Shown: positions 20,870 through 30,841 of the stretch, piece by piece
How positions within the stretch are numbered: position 1 is the stretch's first letter
Layout of the letters: the number at the start of each line of letters is the position of its first letter
From: Salisapilia sapeloensis CBS 127946
Lineage: Eukaryota > Protista > Oomycota
Direction: 5' to 3'
DNA: 32,904 bases
NCBI GenBank assembly: GCA_023334545.1
Contig: JAADVB010000212.1
Span: forward strand, 1-32,904
Notes under the pieces: model-generated
Told to the model about the DNA's origin: nothing
Seen by the model: the letters and a program-made list of their open reading frames with translations, nothing else
Databases searched by the model: none
Translations under genes and position numbers: made by a program

Positions 20870-23800
20870 CTACCTCTCACTCGATTCTCCCGACGGTTCT
20901 TCCACTGCAATCAGTGCCACCGCACTGTCATGTAGTCTCTGCAACAAGTCACGCGCTTCTTGCTTGGACATGGCACCTTGGACACCATACAAGTCGTCCG
21001 CCACGACATCGGCGATCTGTAACGACTTTTCCAACCACGGTCGAGCTAGTTCCACTTGAGGTTCTTCCGGATAGTACTTGAGACGCAACACCAACTTGGC
21101 AGACTCAAACTGGACACGGTGGAGGTTGAACACGAGCATTGGGAGGCACTTGCTCCGGACGGCATCCGCGTCCACGACGTGCTGTGGGCTGCATGCCAGT
21201 AGCCATCCACGCTCAAAGTGAAGCGCTTCTGTGATGGCGCCAGACGCACGTGCTTCTAAATGCGTAAGCTCTTCGACCATCTCCTTTTCTTCACTGTAAA
21301 CGCTCGGTCTCGCTCCATTGCTCGAAACAAAGTTTCTCCATGCATCGTACCGAGTACAGGCACGTAAGAACGCTTGCCAGCAGAGGAACTCGCGCAGAAC
21401 AAGTTCAATGTCGTCTTCCTCAAGCGACTGCTCGGACCGATGCGCCTCCACGACGCTGATCGAATCCTCTGGTATGCTTGTCTGGAAAAGCTCCTTGACA
21501 GCGTCCATCTTGCCCTGAACAGCAAACTGTCGTGACAAAGTCGAGACTGCTCGCAATGCTTCTGCGCGATGGGCTTCGTAAAAGCACAAGTACTCGATGC
21601 AGCGGATGCGACGACGGTCCTCATCACTAGTCGTGTGCGAGTGGGTGGTAATCGACTCCTCCGGCAGCCGGCATGCATCTGCCACGACAGCACGAAGCAC
21701 AGCGGACAAGAGATCCATGTCCGCATACTCGAGCAGTCTCTTGAGACACAGCTCTCGCTCGAGCACATCATCGACGAGAGCAAGCATTTGCTTGTACACA
21801 GCCACACTTCCATCGCGCGGAAGTTGGGAGGCGTAGATCGGAACGAGGGTCAACTGTCCATGTCGTACCAAGTGCCGAATGTACAGCTTCAGTAACATCT
21901 CTCCTCGTTGAGCTTCAAACTCACCACCAGTAAAGTCGACGATCAGCACCAGATGTGCTGCAAGACGTAGCAAAGATGGAGGTGCATTATCACACTTGTT
22001 CTGTGCATCCAACTCCAAGTCCCAGTGGTAAAAGTTGTCAGCCGGCAGCAACGTTGATGCCAATTCACCAACGACTGCATCCATCTGTGAAGTAGCGAGC
22101 TTTGCCTGGACACAACGCAGAGGTTCTTGCCCTTCATTACGAACGACTTGGCTGGAACTGTGCTTGAGTTCGTCGAACAGCGCATCCAAGTCCTTTTCAT
22201 ATCGACTCAGGTGGGACGTTTTGTCTAGAAGATTGCTGCATACACGCATGTACGACGCGTTGTTACCTACAACGTACTTGGATCGCTGTGCCTTCATCTG
22301 CAATAAACTACACAACGCCTGATCTTGCAGTCTTTCTCCAAGTGCCGTCACCATCGCCCAGCAATGGTGCTCCCAACTCTCACACAAAGGAGACGACGTG
22401 ATACCATGCGCATTTCCGCTTAACGCCGCATAGACTAGCTTCTCGAACTCAAGTCCTTGCTTCGTACTGCGCTTCGTGACGCTCGCTTCCTGCGCTTCAG
22501 ACAGCTTCCAACATGCTTGCTTCCACAAGGCTCTCGTCGGGTTTCCCCATCGACTGATACCATCCGAGCTCTCAGCAGCTCCGACAGGATTACCTCCCGA
22601 CAAGCTTGCCGCTCGCCATGACTGTCCAGCACGTGCGCACAAGTCGACTGCTTCGGACGTCTGGCCTGATCGAACTAAAAGCCACACGCTCTTCAACAGT
22701 TCCATCTCGTCCTCCGCATCGTCAGCCGCGAGATGCTCGTCACCTTGTCGGAAAACAGCGTCCGGGTCCATGTCCACCTCGGCTGGACTACCAGACTCGC
22801 GCACGCCATGCAGCCAACGTAGTGTACGTGCATGATCAGCGCGTTGGCGGCTTCCCATGGTCATTGCCTGCTCCACCGCTGTGGTTTCCAGCCAGTTTTT
22901 CAATGCAGAAAGCGTGGCAAACTGCTGATTGTGGGAAGACAGCCAGCTGACGGCGTCGTCGTCCACCATGTCAGTGTGCAAGGAAGAGCTGACGTCCGAT
23001 GCGACTGCGAGTGCTTGTTCATTGGTGTCAGACGGGAAGTTCGTTTGCACTTGACGAAGTTCGTACAAGAGTCGCCACGTGTTTCGTTCATCTCGAAGCT
23101 GCTTGGCTTCACTTTGCATTCGTTGCGTGAACATGTTTGAACGAGCCTGTGCATTGAGTTCACTGTCAATCTTCTCGAGACGAGATTGAAGGGTGTCGAT
23201 GTAGCCACCGAGTAACTGATCGGCATAAGCTTCCGTGTCACGCACATTCGGAAGATGTTCGTAGAAGTCGGAAAGCATATCGGCAAATTGCGCTTCCTCC
23301 GGGCGTACATGACGCGTCACGGCTTCGGACGTGGCTATTTCGCGATGGTCATTCCATTGCGTTAGACTGTTTGAAGTTTCCTGATCCTGTTCCATGCTTT
23401 CCGGCGTAGCGTACGTGGCTGAGATCGATGCTACGGACATCTGGGAGCTGGAGGCCCATGGTGGACGACGCCTACCAGCTAGAGTCGAACCAAAGGAGGA
23501 GTTCACCCACGACTGGGATTGAGATGGAGCGGCGGACTGGACAATGTACAGCGTGCCATCAAAACCCATGCCACAATCGACCGCCAGCCAGTCGTCTTCC
23601 ATGCGCTGACCGTCGATCATGACTTGCGCCTGTTGCGGTCGGAAGCCGAGGTCTCTCCATGGTTCTCTCTTCCGGCAAAAAGCGAATTTTAAGTCACCAA
23701 TTGTCGTGAATCGAGGATCGATATCGACGTATTCCACCGATTGATCTGGAAAAACACCTTTTACATGCAATCGACCGTTCTGTACTGACAGATCGACGGC

Positions 23801-24058
23801 AGACGTATCCTTTGCGTCTGGTTCCGGTTCACCTGAAGCTTCCTGGTGTGCGTGAGAAAGCAGATCGTATGATAGTGGTTGAGAGTGCGAGTGAGGAGCT
23901 AGCGTGGACGCCGTTTGCTCATTGGCCGAAGCATCCATGGCTTCGTCTAGTGAAGAGAGTATGCCGAGAGAACGATCAGCATCATCTAGCAGTCGTTGAA
24001 AGTTCCCTCGCTCGGACGTCGACAGCGGATCCCGACGTAGCTGCGTGTGGCCGGTCAT
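20870..24058 (-). CDS. NUP107: Nuclear pore protein Nup107/Nup84 with an N-terminal ubiquitin-like domain, about 1062 aa
   Basis: Nup107-type motifs ERNTWRLLYEL, LKNWLE, DMDPDA, LLKSVWLLVRSGQTSEAVDLC...GQSWRAASLSGG, GNPTRALWK and WEHHCWA. First ATG at 24058. The segment 23776-23540 aligns by eye with the ubiquitin fold. Confidence 0.85.
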   Translation of the reverse strand: MTGHTQLRRDPLSTSERGNFQRLLDDADRSLGILSSLDEAMDASANEQTASTLAPHSHSQPLSYDLLSHAHQEASGEPEPDAKDTSAVDLSVQNGRLHVKGVFPDQSVEYVDIDPRFTTIGDLKFAFCRKREPWRDLGFRPQQAQVMIDGQRMEDDWLAVDCGMGFDGTLYIVQSAAPSQSQSWVNSSFGSTLAGRRRPPWASSSQMSVASISATYATPESMEQDQETSNSLTQWNDHREIATSEAVTRHVRPEEAQFADMLSDFYEHLPNVRDTEAYADQLLGGYIDTLQSRLEKIDSELNAQARSNMFTQRMQSEAKQLRDERNTWRLLYELRQVQTNFPSDTNEQALAVASDVSSSLHTDMVDDDAVSWLSSHNQQFATLSALKNWLETTAVEQAMTMGSRQRADHARTLRWLHGVRESGSPAEVDMDPDAVFRQGDEHLAADDAEDEMELLKSVWLLVRSGQTSEAVDLCARAGQSWRAASLSGGNPVGAAESSDGISRWGNPTRALWKQACWKLSEAQEASVTKRSTKQGLEFEKLVYAALSGNAHGITSSPLCESWEHHCWAMVTALGERLQDQALCSLLQMKAQRSKYVVGNNASYMRVCSNLLDKTSHLSRYEKDLDALFDELKHSSSQVVRNEGQEPLRCVQAKLATSQMDAVVGELASTLLPADNFYHWDLELDAQNKCDNAPPSLLRLAAHLVLIVDFTGGEFEAQRGEMLLKLYIRHLVRHGQLTLVPIYASQLPRDGSVAVYKQMLALVDDVLERELCLKRLLEYADMDLLSAVLRAVVADACRLPEESITTHSHTTSDEDRRRIRCIEYLCFYEAHRAEALRAVSTLSRQFAVQGKMDAVKELFQTSIPEDSISVVEAHRSEQSLEEDDIELVLREFLCWQAFLRACTRYDAWRNFVSSNGARPSVYSEEKEMVEELTHLEARASGAITEALHFERGWLLACSPQHVVDADAVRSKCLPMLVFNLHRVQFESAKLVLRLKYYPEEPQVELARPWLEKSLQIADVVADDLYGVQGAMSKQEARDLLQRLHDSAVALIAVEEPSGESSER

Positions 24059-24627
24059 CTTCACGCCTTTTTACGTGGTGCTTATTATTGGAGGTGGTTT
24101 GTATTCAATCAAATGCGATTTTCATCCAAAGGTTGCGCGAAAGTAACAAATGGATTCTGACGAAACGTAGGATGTCAAGTTCGAGACAGGGCGATGGTTG
24201 AGGGTCTCTTTCCCGTTCTTTCCAGTGAGACGACGTATGGCGTGCGGATCTTCGTTTCCGGCAGAGGCGGCAATGTACCTTTGGGACACGGCTACTGTTT
24301 CGCGCGTCATTTCTCGTCACTTGATATAGGCGGCCTCGGACTTGGTAACGTGGTCGAGTTACTACGAGTACAAATACCTTTCATAATCTTTCTCACCCTC
24401 TTGCAAAGCACACATGGCTTCTATTTCGATAGCTCAACCTTCTATTAAATCTTAAGAGAATCAAGCAGCATAGAGTTTGCAAGTGAAAAATCATTCGTGT
24501 GACCTCGATCGTATCATCGTATCCCTTCTGTCGCAGATTTGGTGTATCAACCGCCATTTCGAAAATCATAGTCGAGGAGCTGGTCGGACGTCAGCAGAAC
24601 GCGATACGCTCGTCCCCGCCATCCGAC

Positions 24628-26124
24628 ATGTTCCCAGATTCCAACATGCCTACTAGGCGACGGTCGCTTCCTTCCCCGCGAGCTGCCAAGCAACTCGCAA
24701 ACGAACTCTCGTCCTCGTCATCCAGTCTAGATGACGTAGAAGAAATTGAGGCAGAGGATCATGTCCATGATAACGACAAAGATGATGTTGGAGACGACGA
24801 GGACCAGGTCACTGCTGGTAAAATGGTTCGCTTTCAAGACATGGACGGCATGGACTTGGCTGAGTGCCTCTCGCAGAGCACACTGTACTATCCAACGCCA
24901 CCTGCAGCCAAGCAAGTGATACCGAACAAATCATTGCGACGCTTTGCGATCGATGAAGTGGAATTGTACTTCTCGGAAGACACGCCCGATCGACCTGTTG
25001 CACCCACGGACTACGCTGTCACGAAAATCCAAGGTCGAGACGGATATCTAGCCGCCGGTACAGTCCAAGTCAAGCGTCGTCGCATGGGTATTTCGGTCTG
25101 GAAAAGCTACTGGGCTGAATTGTTCCATGGTTTGCTCATCTTGCGACGACATCGCGAGACTGACTTGCCTCCTGAGCGAAAGCGCACGCTTATCCCTGTT
25201 GCTGGAGGCTGTCACATTGAGTTTTTGGATGTCGAAAACGCAGTCATCCAGCTCGAATATACCTACCAAGGGCACGGTGCGAAACGCGTTCTACGATTTT
25301 CAACCAAAGAAGACATGTTCACCTGGTGGTACATGCTCCATCTGTCATCCGTCTCGCACGTCGACAACAAGCTGCTGCACAAATCAGTCGGACGACCTAG
25401 TGCATCACCACGTCAGCTGCGTGAAGAAGCCAGACAGCTCGGTAGTGTCCTCTTTCCACCAGAGCTTCGTCCACCTCGTCAACGCCAATTAATCAAGATG
25501 AGTGGCAAGCCTGCTGTCTCGCATCTGATACTTGTGCGTCATGGTGAGACGGAAAATATCAACTTCCGCGTGTCCGACCGTGACAAGAAACTGACCACCA
25601 AGGGCCGACGTCAAGCTGAGTTGACTGCTCAGGCGTTGGCGGAGCAACTGCAAAAAGCAGAGGCGACGGAAGCGAATGTGTCTCTCGTCTACAGCGGACT
25701 GCGTCGCACCGTCGAGACCGCTGCTGTCCTCGTAAACGAAATGCCGTGGATCAGTCGAAAGCACGAATGCTGTCTGTTGGAAGATGGTGCCCCAAAGGAG
25801 GTAGACTCTTTCCATCGACCCGAATACCGCAGCGCTATGCACAAAATCGCGAATGAAGTCTTGTGCCGGTGGGACGACGCAGATGAGCTCAAGCCCGGAA
25901 GTGGCCAGCAACTGGAAAACTATAAGATTGTCGTGTGCCACACGAGCTTCATCCAGTACTGCATGGCGCAGTGTTTGAAAGTGACGAAAGACGTAATTCA
26001 ACTGGGCGCTCCTATCAGTCATTGCAGCATCACGCAGATCGATGTGAGTAAGGAAGACGCGATGGAGATGGTGTGCATGAATCGAGTGGCTCACTTGCCA
26101 CTCACGTACCGCACGAACGAGTGA
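24628..26124 (+). CDS. PH-domain protein with a C-terminal PGAM5-like histidine phosphatase domain, about 498 aa
   Basis: PH-like WKSYWAELFHGLLILRR...LRFSTKEDMFTWWYML (about 25040-25350). Phosphatase motifs LILVRHG (RHG at 25537-25545), LTTKGRRQAELT, SGLRRTVETA, LLEDGAP, IVVCH and CSITQI parallel the PGAM5 catalytic domain. First ATG at 24628. Confidence 0.85.
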   Translation: MFPDSNMPTRRRSLPSPRAAKQLANELSSSSSSLDDVEEIEAEDHVHDNDKDDVGDDEDQVTAGKMVRFQDMDGMDLAECLSQSTLYYPTPPAAKQVIPNKSLRRFAIDEVELYFSEDTPDRPVAPTDYAVTKIQGRDGYLAAGTVQVKRRRMGISVWKSYWAELFHGLLILRRHRETDLPPERKRTLIPVAGGCHIEFLDVENAVIQLEYTYQGHGAKRVLRFSTKEDMFTWWYMLHLSSVSHVDNKLLHKSVGRPSASPRQLREEARQLGSVLFPPELRPPRQRQLIKMSGKPAVSHLILVRHGETENINFRVSDRDKKLTTKGRRQAELTAQALAEQLQKAEATEANVSLVYSGLRRTVETAAVLVNEMPWISRKHECCLLEDGAPKEVDSFHRPEYRSAMHKIANEVLCRWDDADELKPGSGQQLENYKIVVCHTSFIQYCMAQCLKVTKDVIQLGAPISHCSITQIDVSKEDAMEMVCMNRVAHLPLTYRTNE

Positions 26125-26267
26125 AGACTTGGATGTATTTACATGAACAAAATGAATAAAAGGATGTGCATGAGGGAGCTCTCATTCGACACACGAGTGG
26201 CGCGAAGCTGTGGTTATGATCAAATTCGTGTTTCAAATTAAAATCGGCTGATAGATGTTAGCAGCTA

Positions 26268-28796
26268 TCATGTACAAATCTCATCACCTTGCTTGTCCAT
26301 GCACATGTCGCCAATGAAGGAGTTGGGAGAAGTGACTTCGATGTCCACCTTGGAATTGAACTCAACTGTATAATGGCCAGCATTAGCTTTAGTTCGGCAT
26401 TCGTATGGCGAAAGTTCGCTTGGTCGGTCTCGGTTCACTCCATCTAAAGCATCTTGTTCACTCAGCGGATACCTTCCAACAGCAAGCACATACCTTCCTG
26501 GCTCCAAGTTGTGCGAAAAGTATGGGTCTTTGGAAGTGACGGACGTACGACCTCGTTCGTAGAATAGCACATCGTCGTCTTCCTTTTCAACCAAATCTTC
26601 TTTTGTTGGCTTGCCATCGTCGGAAGGAAGTCGGAAGATGTAACCGACAGCATCAATGTACGACGGATTGCAAAACCCATTCACATTGATGTATCTGCCG
26701 TCAGAGTCTCGATGGATAGAGGACTTGACTTCAATCATCACTTCGCTCTGCTTTTGCACCGTGAAGTGGATATGGTCCACACTAGTAGAATATGCTGCAC
26801 GAGTGATGGTACCTGCCGTCGACATGCCGGTATGAGAGTCGTCTTCCAGGTGATAACGACACTTACTGTATGGCCGGCCCTTGTTACCGGAGCGACATTG
26901 GTTACCAATGTACGTATCCTCCAGAGCTTTCGAGGACTCTAGTCCATCGGATCTGATAGTCAAATGATAGTTTCCAAAAGCAGCATCTCTTTTACCACAG
27001 ACGCGAGGACTTTCACTGCCTGTCGTGTGCCCCTGCTCTGCTTCTGCTCGTGTCATGGGTGATGTACCGATTGCAACACGATACCGGCCCTGAGTAAGTG
27101 ACTTAGATATGTAGGAGTCACGATCAGATATCGAGCCGTCTTCGCGTCCGGAGCCTGATGGAGCATCGTCGTTAAGCAAAATCATGTCTCCAAGAGTGTC
27201 ATCATCCTTGACGCAGAAAAGTGCAATGCTTGAATCGATATAAGCAGCACTGCAATCTCCATTGACATCAAGATACTCTGTTTTCATATCGATCACTAGC
27301 TCTTCATACGACAAGATGTCCAACACGACATCAGCGTCCTCGTTCAATGTGAAGTCTACATAGTCGACTGTTGTCTTTGCATAGCTGAAGAATAAGGTGC
27401 CATCATGCGTATTAGTCTTTGACACAGGATAGTCCGATGGAGGCGGTGATGGGGAAGGTGAGGGGGAAGGTGAGGGGGAAGGTGAGGGGGAAGGTGAGGG
27501 AGTGGAAGATGGAGGAGTTGTAGACGCTGGAGGTGCTGTGGTGGAAGTAGCAACAGCATCTGCTGGCAAGATGTTCCTTGCTATCATGTCTTCTACGATG
27601 AACTTACTGTTTACTCCGATATTGTTTCCTCTCGAGGAAGAAGACGAACATCCTCCACAATGATGAAGTGCCACTACGACGTTATCATCGAAGTGAATAA
27701 CAGGAGATCCAGATGATCCTCCCTTCGTGTCCAGCGAGTATCCAACTTGGTTGTCGCCACAATTACTATCGCGGTCAATGGTTTCGACGGTGCCATCATC
27801 ATCGCCAGCTTTCACGGCAATGCGTTTACCATAGCCAGATGGATGCTGTGGAATGTATATCCGCTCGCCAACTGCTGCTCCTTCCCCGCTCATTTGAAGA
27901 TAACCATACTTGCTAGAAATGTCATCGCCAGCTATTTTGATTAGTGCATAGTCAAGCTCACTGTCTGCATACACGAGTCTCCCTTCCCTTGCCGCTATCT
28001 CACCTCCACACCCATGCTGGCGCGTGCAGTCCGTCTCGCATGTTGCGCCTTGGGCACGAAATTCATATCGCGTGTTTGCAGCATGCGCCGTGGTGCTAAT
28101 GCAATGGTGGTTGGTAACTAAATAGTTGTCCGAGCCGAGCAACCACCCGGTACAAAAGTAGCTACCGGCTTGCTTGTGAATAAGTAGGCGAGCCACAGCT
28201 TCTGCTCCGCGCTTGATGGTACCAAATTCATCATAAGCACACTGCGCTTCCACCGTATCATCAGTACCACAAATGGACTCAAATTCATCTTGAGAGAAAC
28301 GGAAATCGGGTATTGCTCGGTAGTGGTAGTTGTCAATGTGAAAGCCGACACAAGATTCCTCTTCTGTAGCTGACACTTCGCCACCTAACGTGACAAGTTC
28401 AATTGTTATTGAGGTGTAGTAAAGTGTTCTCGAAAAGAAGCCGCCCTCAGGCGCACTTCTTGTATACGTGACAACATCGACATCATCTCTTCCTTTTTCT
28501 GTCGGAAAGATGCGAACCTCATCGCCGTCTGGAAGGTTGAACTGGTCAAAGTGAACAGCAATAAAATCAGCATCGTCGTTTTCAATGACAAAAGTTTGGA
28601 CTGAAGCGGTAGTAGCGTAGAGAATATCGGAGCTACAACCCACACCAATATCCATGAGTTCAACGCCGGTTCGGTCATCTTCTGCTGACGTGCTCGAACT
28701 GTTTTGAGCACTTGCAGTGAATCGAAATGACGTCCACAAAGCAGGTGTCGAGAGGGTGAGAAGTAGGAGTAACTTGGCAGTTAGAGGCATCCACAT
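26268..28796 (-). CDS. Secreted trypsin-like (S1) serine protease with an N-terminal CUB-like region, a Ser/Pro linker and two repeated C-terminal domains, 842 aa
   Basis: Hydrophobic signal peptide. Catalytic triad motifs TNHHC (His), DYALI (Asp) and GGSSGSP (Ser), plus VVALHHCGGC. An (SP)n linker precedes two homologous modules of about 170 aa. Confidence 0.9.
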   Translation of the reverse strand: MWMPLTAKLLLLLTLSTPALWTSFRFTASAQNSSSTSAEDDRTGVELMDIGVGCSSDILYATTASVQTFVIENDDADFIAVHFDQFNLPDGDEVRIFPTEKGRDDVDVVTYTRSAPEGGFFSRTLYYTSITIELVTLGGEVSATEEESCVGFHIDNYHYRAIPDFRFSQDEFESICGTDDTVEAQCAYDEFGTIKRGAEAVARLLIHKQAGSYFCTGWLLGSDNYLVTNHHCISTTAHAANTRYEFRAQGATCETDCTRQHGCGGEIAAREGRLVYADSELDYALIKIAGDDISSKYGYLQMSGEGAAVGERIYIPQHPSGYGKRIAVKAGDDDGTVETIDRDSNCGDNQVGYSLDTKGGSSGSPVIHFDDNVVVALHHCGGCSSSSSRGNNIGVNSKFIVEDMIARNILPADAVATSTTAPPASTTPPSSTPSPSPSPSPSPSPSPSPSPPPSDYPVSKTNTHDGTLFFSYAKTTVDYVDFTLNEDADVVLDILSYEELVIDMKTEYLDVNGDCSAAYIDSSIALFCVKDDDTLGDMILLNDDAPSGSGREDGSISDRDSYISKSLTQGRYRVAIGTSPMTRAEAEQGHTTGSESPRVCGKRDAAFGNYHLTIRSDGLESSKALEDTYIGNQCRSGNKGRPYSKCRYHLEDDSHTGMSTAGTITRAAYSTSVDHIHFTVQKQSEVMIEVKSSIHRDSDGRYINVNGFCNPSYIDAVGYIFRLPSDDGKPTKEDLVEKEDDDVLFYERGRTSVTSKDPYFSHNLEPGRYVLAVGRYPLSEQDALDGVNRDRPSELSPYECRTKANAGHYTVEFNSKVDIEVTSPNSFIGDMCMDKQGDEICT
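27451..27498. repeat. 12-bp tandem repeat (GGGGAAGGTGAG)x4 encoding a (Ser-Pro)n linker
   Basis: Four exact copies; on the minus strand they translate as SPSPSPSP... Confidence 0.9.
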
Positions 28797-28830
28797 AGCT
28801 GCCCAAGAAGGTATCTTGTTGAAAGCTGGG

Positions 28831-28846
28831 AAGTTGAGAAATGAAA
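28831..28846 (-). promoter_or_regulatory. Probable INR-FPR core promoter of the trypsin-like protease gene
   Basis: The minus strand reads TTTCATTTCTCAACTT, a clear INR with one FPR mismatch, about 45 nt upstream of ATG 28796. Confidence 0.55.
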
Positions 28847-30841
28847 TACGTCATTGATCAAGCGCCTTCACCCCATGCTATAACGTCCCTGTTCCGACTA
28901 AATGGCCATTTGAACGGTCGAAAGCTTACAATGGAAGAACAGACCTTTCAGCGATGGCTCTGCAAAGACAAAGAAGTAGACATTCGCACCATCTCGCTTA
29001 TGAGAAGATGCAAAGCAAAGTAGCAGAACGCATATTCTATTTATAGCAAGTCTTGTCCAATGTGAATGGGCAGACGGCAAAGTGTCAGTTTGTGTGTCTT
29101 TTCATCAGGAACGGACTTTTAGATGTACTCACTCGAAGGATGCGATCGTAGCACGTTACAAAGCTTAGCGGTCGTGTTTACTTTTGCTAGATGTACGTAG
29201 GTAACAAGAGGATCCCTCACTGAGCAGCACTACATATGAAAATCGAAAGTTACCATACACCTTGTCACGTGGCGACAAAATACCCAAAAGTCAATTTATG
29301 CAGTTACGAGAACACTGGGCTTGTGCATGATTTTTGCTTTCACGCTTCTCTTTCGATCAATACGCTTGTCACAAATGCGATGGAAATATCAAAACACATT
29401 TGAAACCCAAGTTGAAGCCGACGACAATGATTTTCAATAGAAATCTGGGCTGAGCATCAGTTCATGGTAACTTGAATAGGACACACTGTGACCACTATCT
29501 AGAGATTCCATGGTAGATATTGCTCGTTTGATAGAAGTGTATTGTTTTCCAATGTCTAGACTAAACGAACGCGATAGATTACTGATGTATGGAAGGAGAA
29601 ACTTCGAGCATATACAATAGAAAACCTGGTCAACCAATACAGATCAAATAAGATCGATTTATGACTTTGTTATTGACCTTTGCTGGAACTTGACATTGAA
29701 AAACGATCTATATGCATAAATAGACTGCTTGGGAGTAGAATGAGCGAGCATGACTTGCTTCGGTGCTTCGAAAGCTCATCCACACGTCCACGATCATGAT
29801 ACACTTGAAAGTTGCATGCCCAGAATTGCGATCCTTTTGTGACTTCCTGAAGGCACCACAATCTATATCCTTGTACAAGTGCGTTCCGAAGCTCGTTGAG
29901 GTTACTATTCCGGCATAAAGAAACCAAGATCCAAGCGTACTCCGCATGAGACAACTTTGACGACAAGATTACCATCTGACTAGAAAAAAGAATATCCCTA
30001 CTTCAATCATCGCTTCTGCGACACATAGACCATTTCAATCGATACCACTAGACATGCACATCCACCCCTGACAGAATAAGTACATATGCAAACCAGAGCT
30101 TCATATATTTGTTCAACAGCGAGATAATCAGCTCGAAAATGAAGTAGAAGAGACAGTCAGGGTACAGAGTTTTCAGTTAAAAACCGTAGAAAGCAGTATC
30201 ATTTATAAATGTCTTTGTATAGTTTTAAAGAACACATAGGTTGTTTTACATCTTTCGGTCAAGTCAATATTGTTAAATTGATATGAAAAAGCATAAACAT
30301 TGTATTTTATAGTAAACGACTACTCCATACGACGTACTTCGTCTGTTCCAGACTAATTGTTCACTTCGATTTCTTTGGAGATACCATAAAGTCAATTTGT
30401 GCCAGAGTAGTTTTCCTCACAGACTAGTTCGGTTGAGTGTTTTATTAGTCTGGACAAGATTATCCTTTTCATTCGATTATCAGTCTCCAGCAGACTATTT
30501 CTTCTTTTCATGGCCAGCTCTATGTGGTGGAGGAAGCTGCATAATTCTGCAAGTGACTCTCATATACATGTTGTGCTTTTCGGTCAGTATTTTCTTACCT
30601 TGAAAACTTTTGTCCTGCGCGCATTTTTTCTGATTGGCTATAATTTAATTTTTCTACCAATCGAATTACATAAACATGCGACGGATCACACAATAGGAAA
30701 TAATATACTAAGGGTCCGTCTGGTAAACCATTTTTCGCTGTATTTCTCTGGATCCAGAGAAAAGATACTTTTTATTAATCCAGTGGAATGAAGTTGAGCT
30801 TGCTGTCTGGCATGCCAATCATCTGCTTTTCAGACACTGTT

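Noticed and set aside
29262-29278. Interrupted inverted repeat TTGTC-ACGTGGC-GACAA containing CACGTG
   Set aside because: The 5-bp arms and single E-box-like hexamer are within chance expectation.
29400-30000. Several 60-100 aa ORF fragments between the protease and the transposon
   Set aside because: They could be an old decayed gene or transposon, but I could not assemble a consistent frame or recognise a motif.
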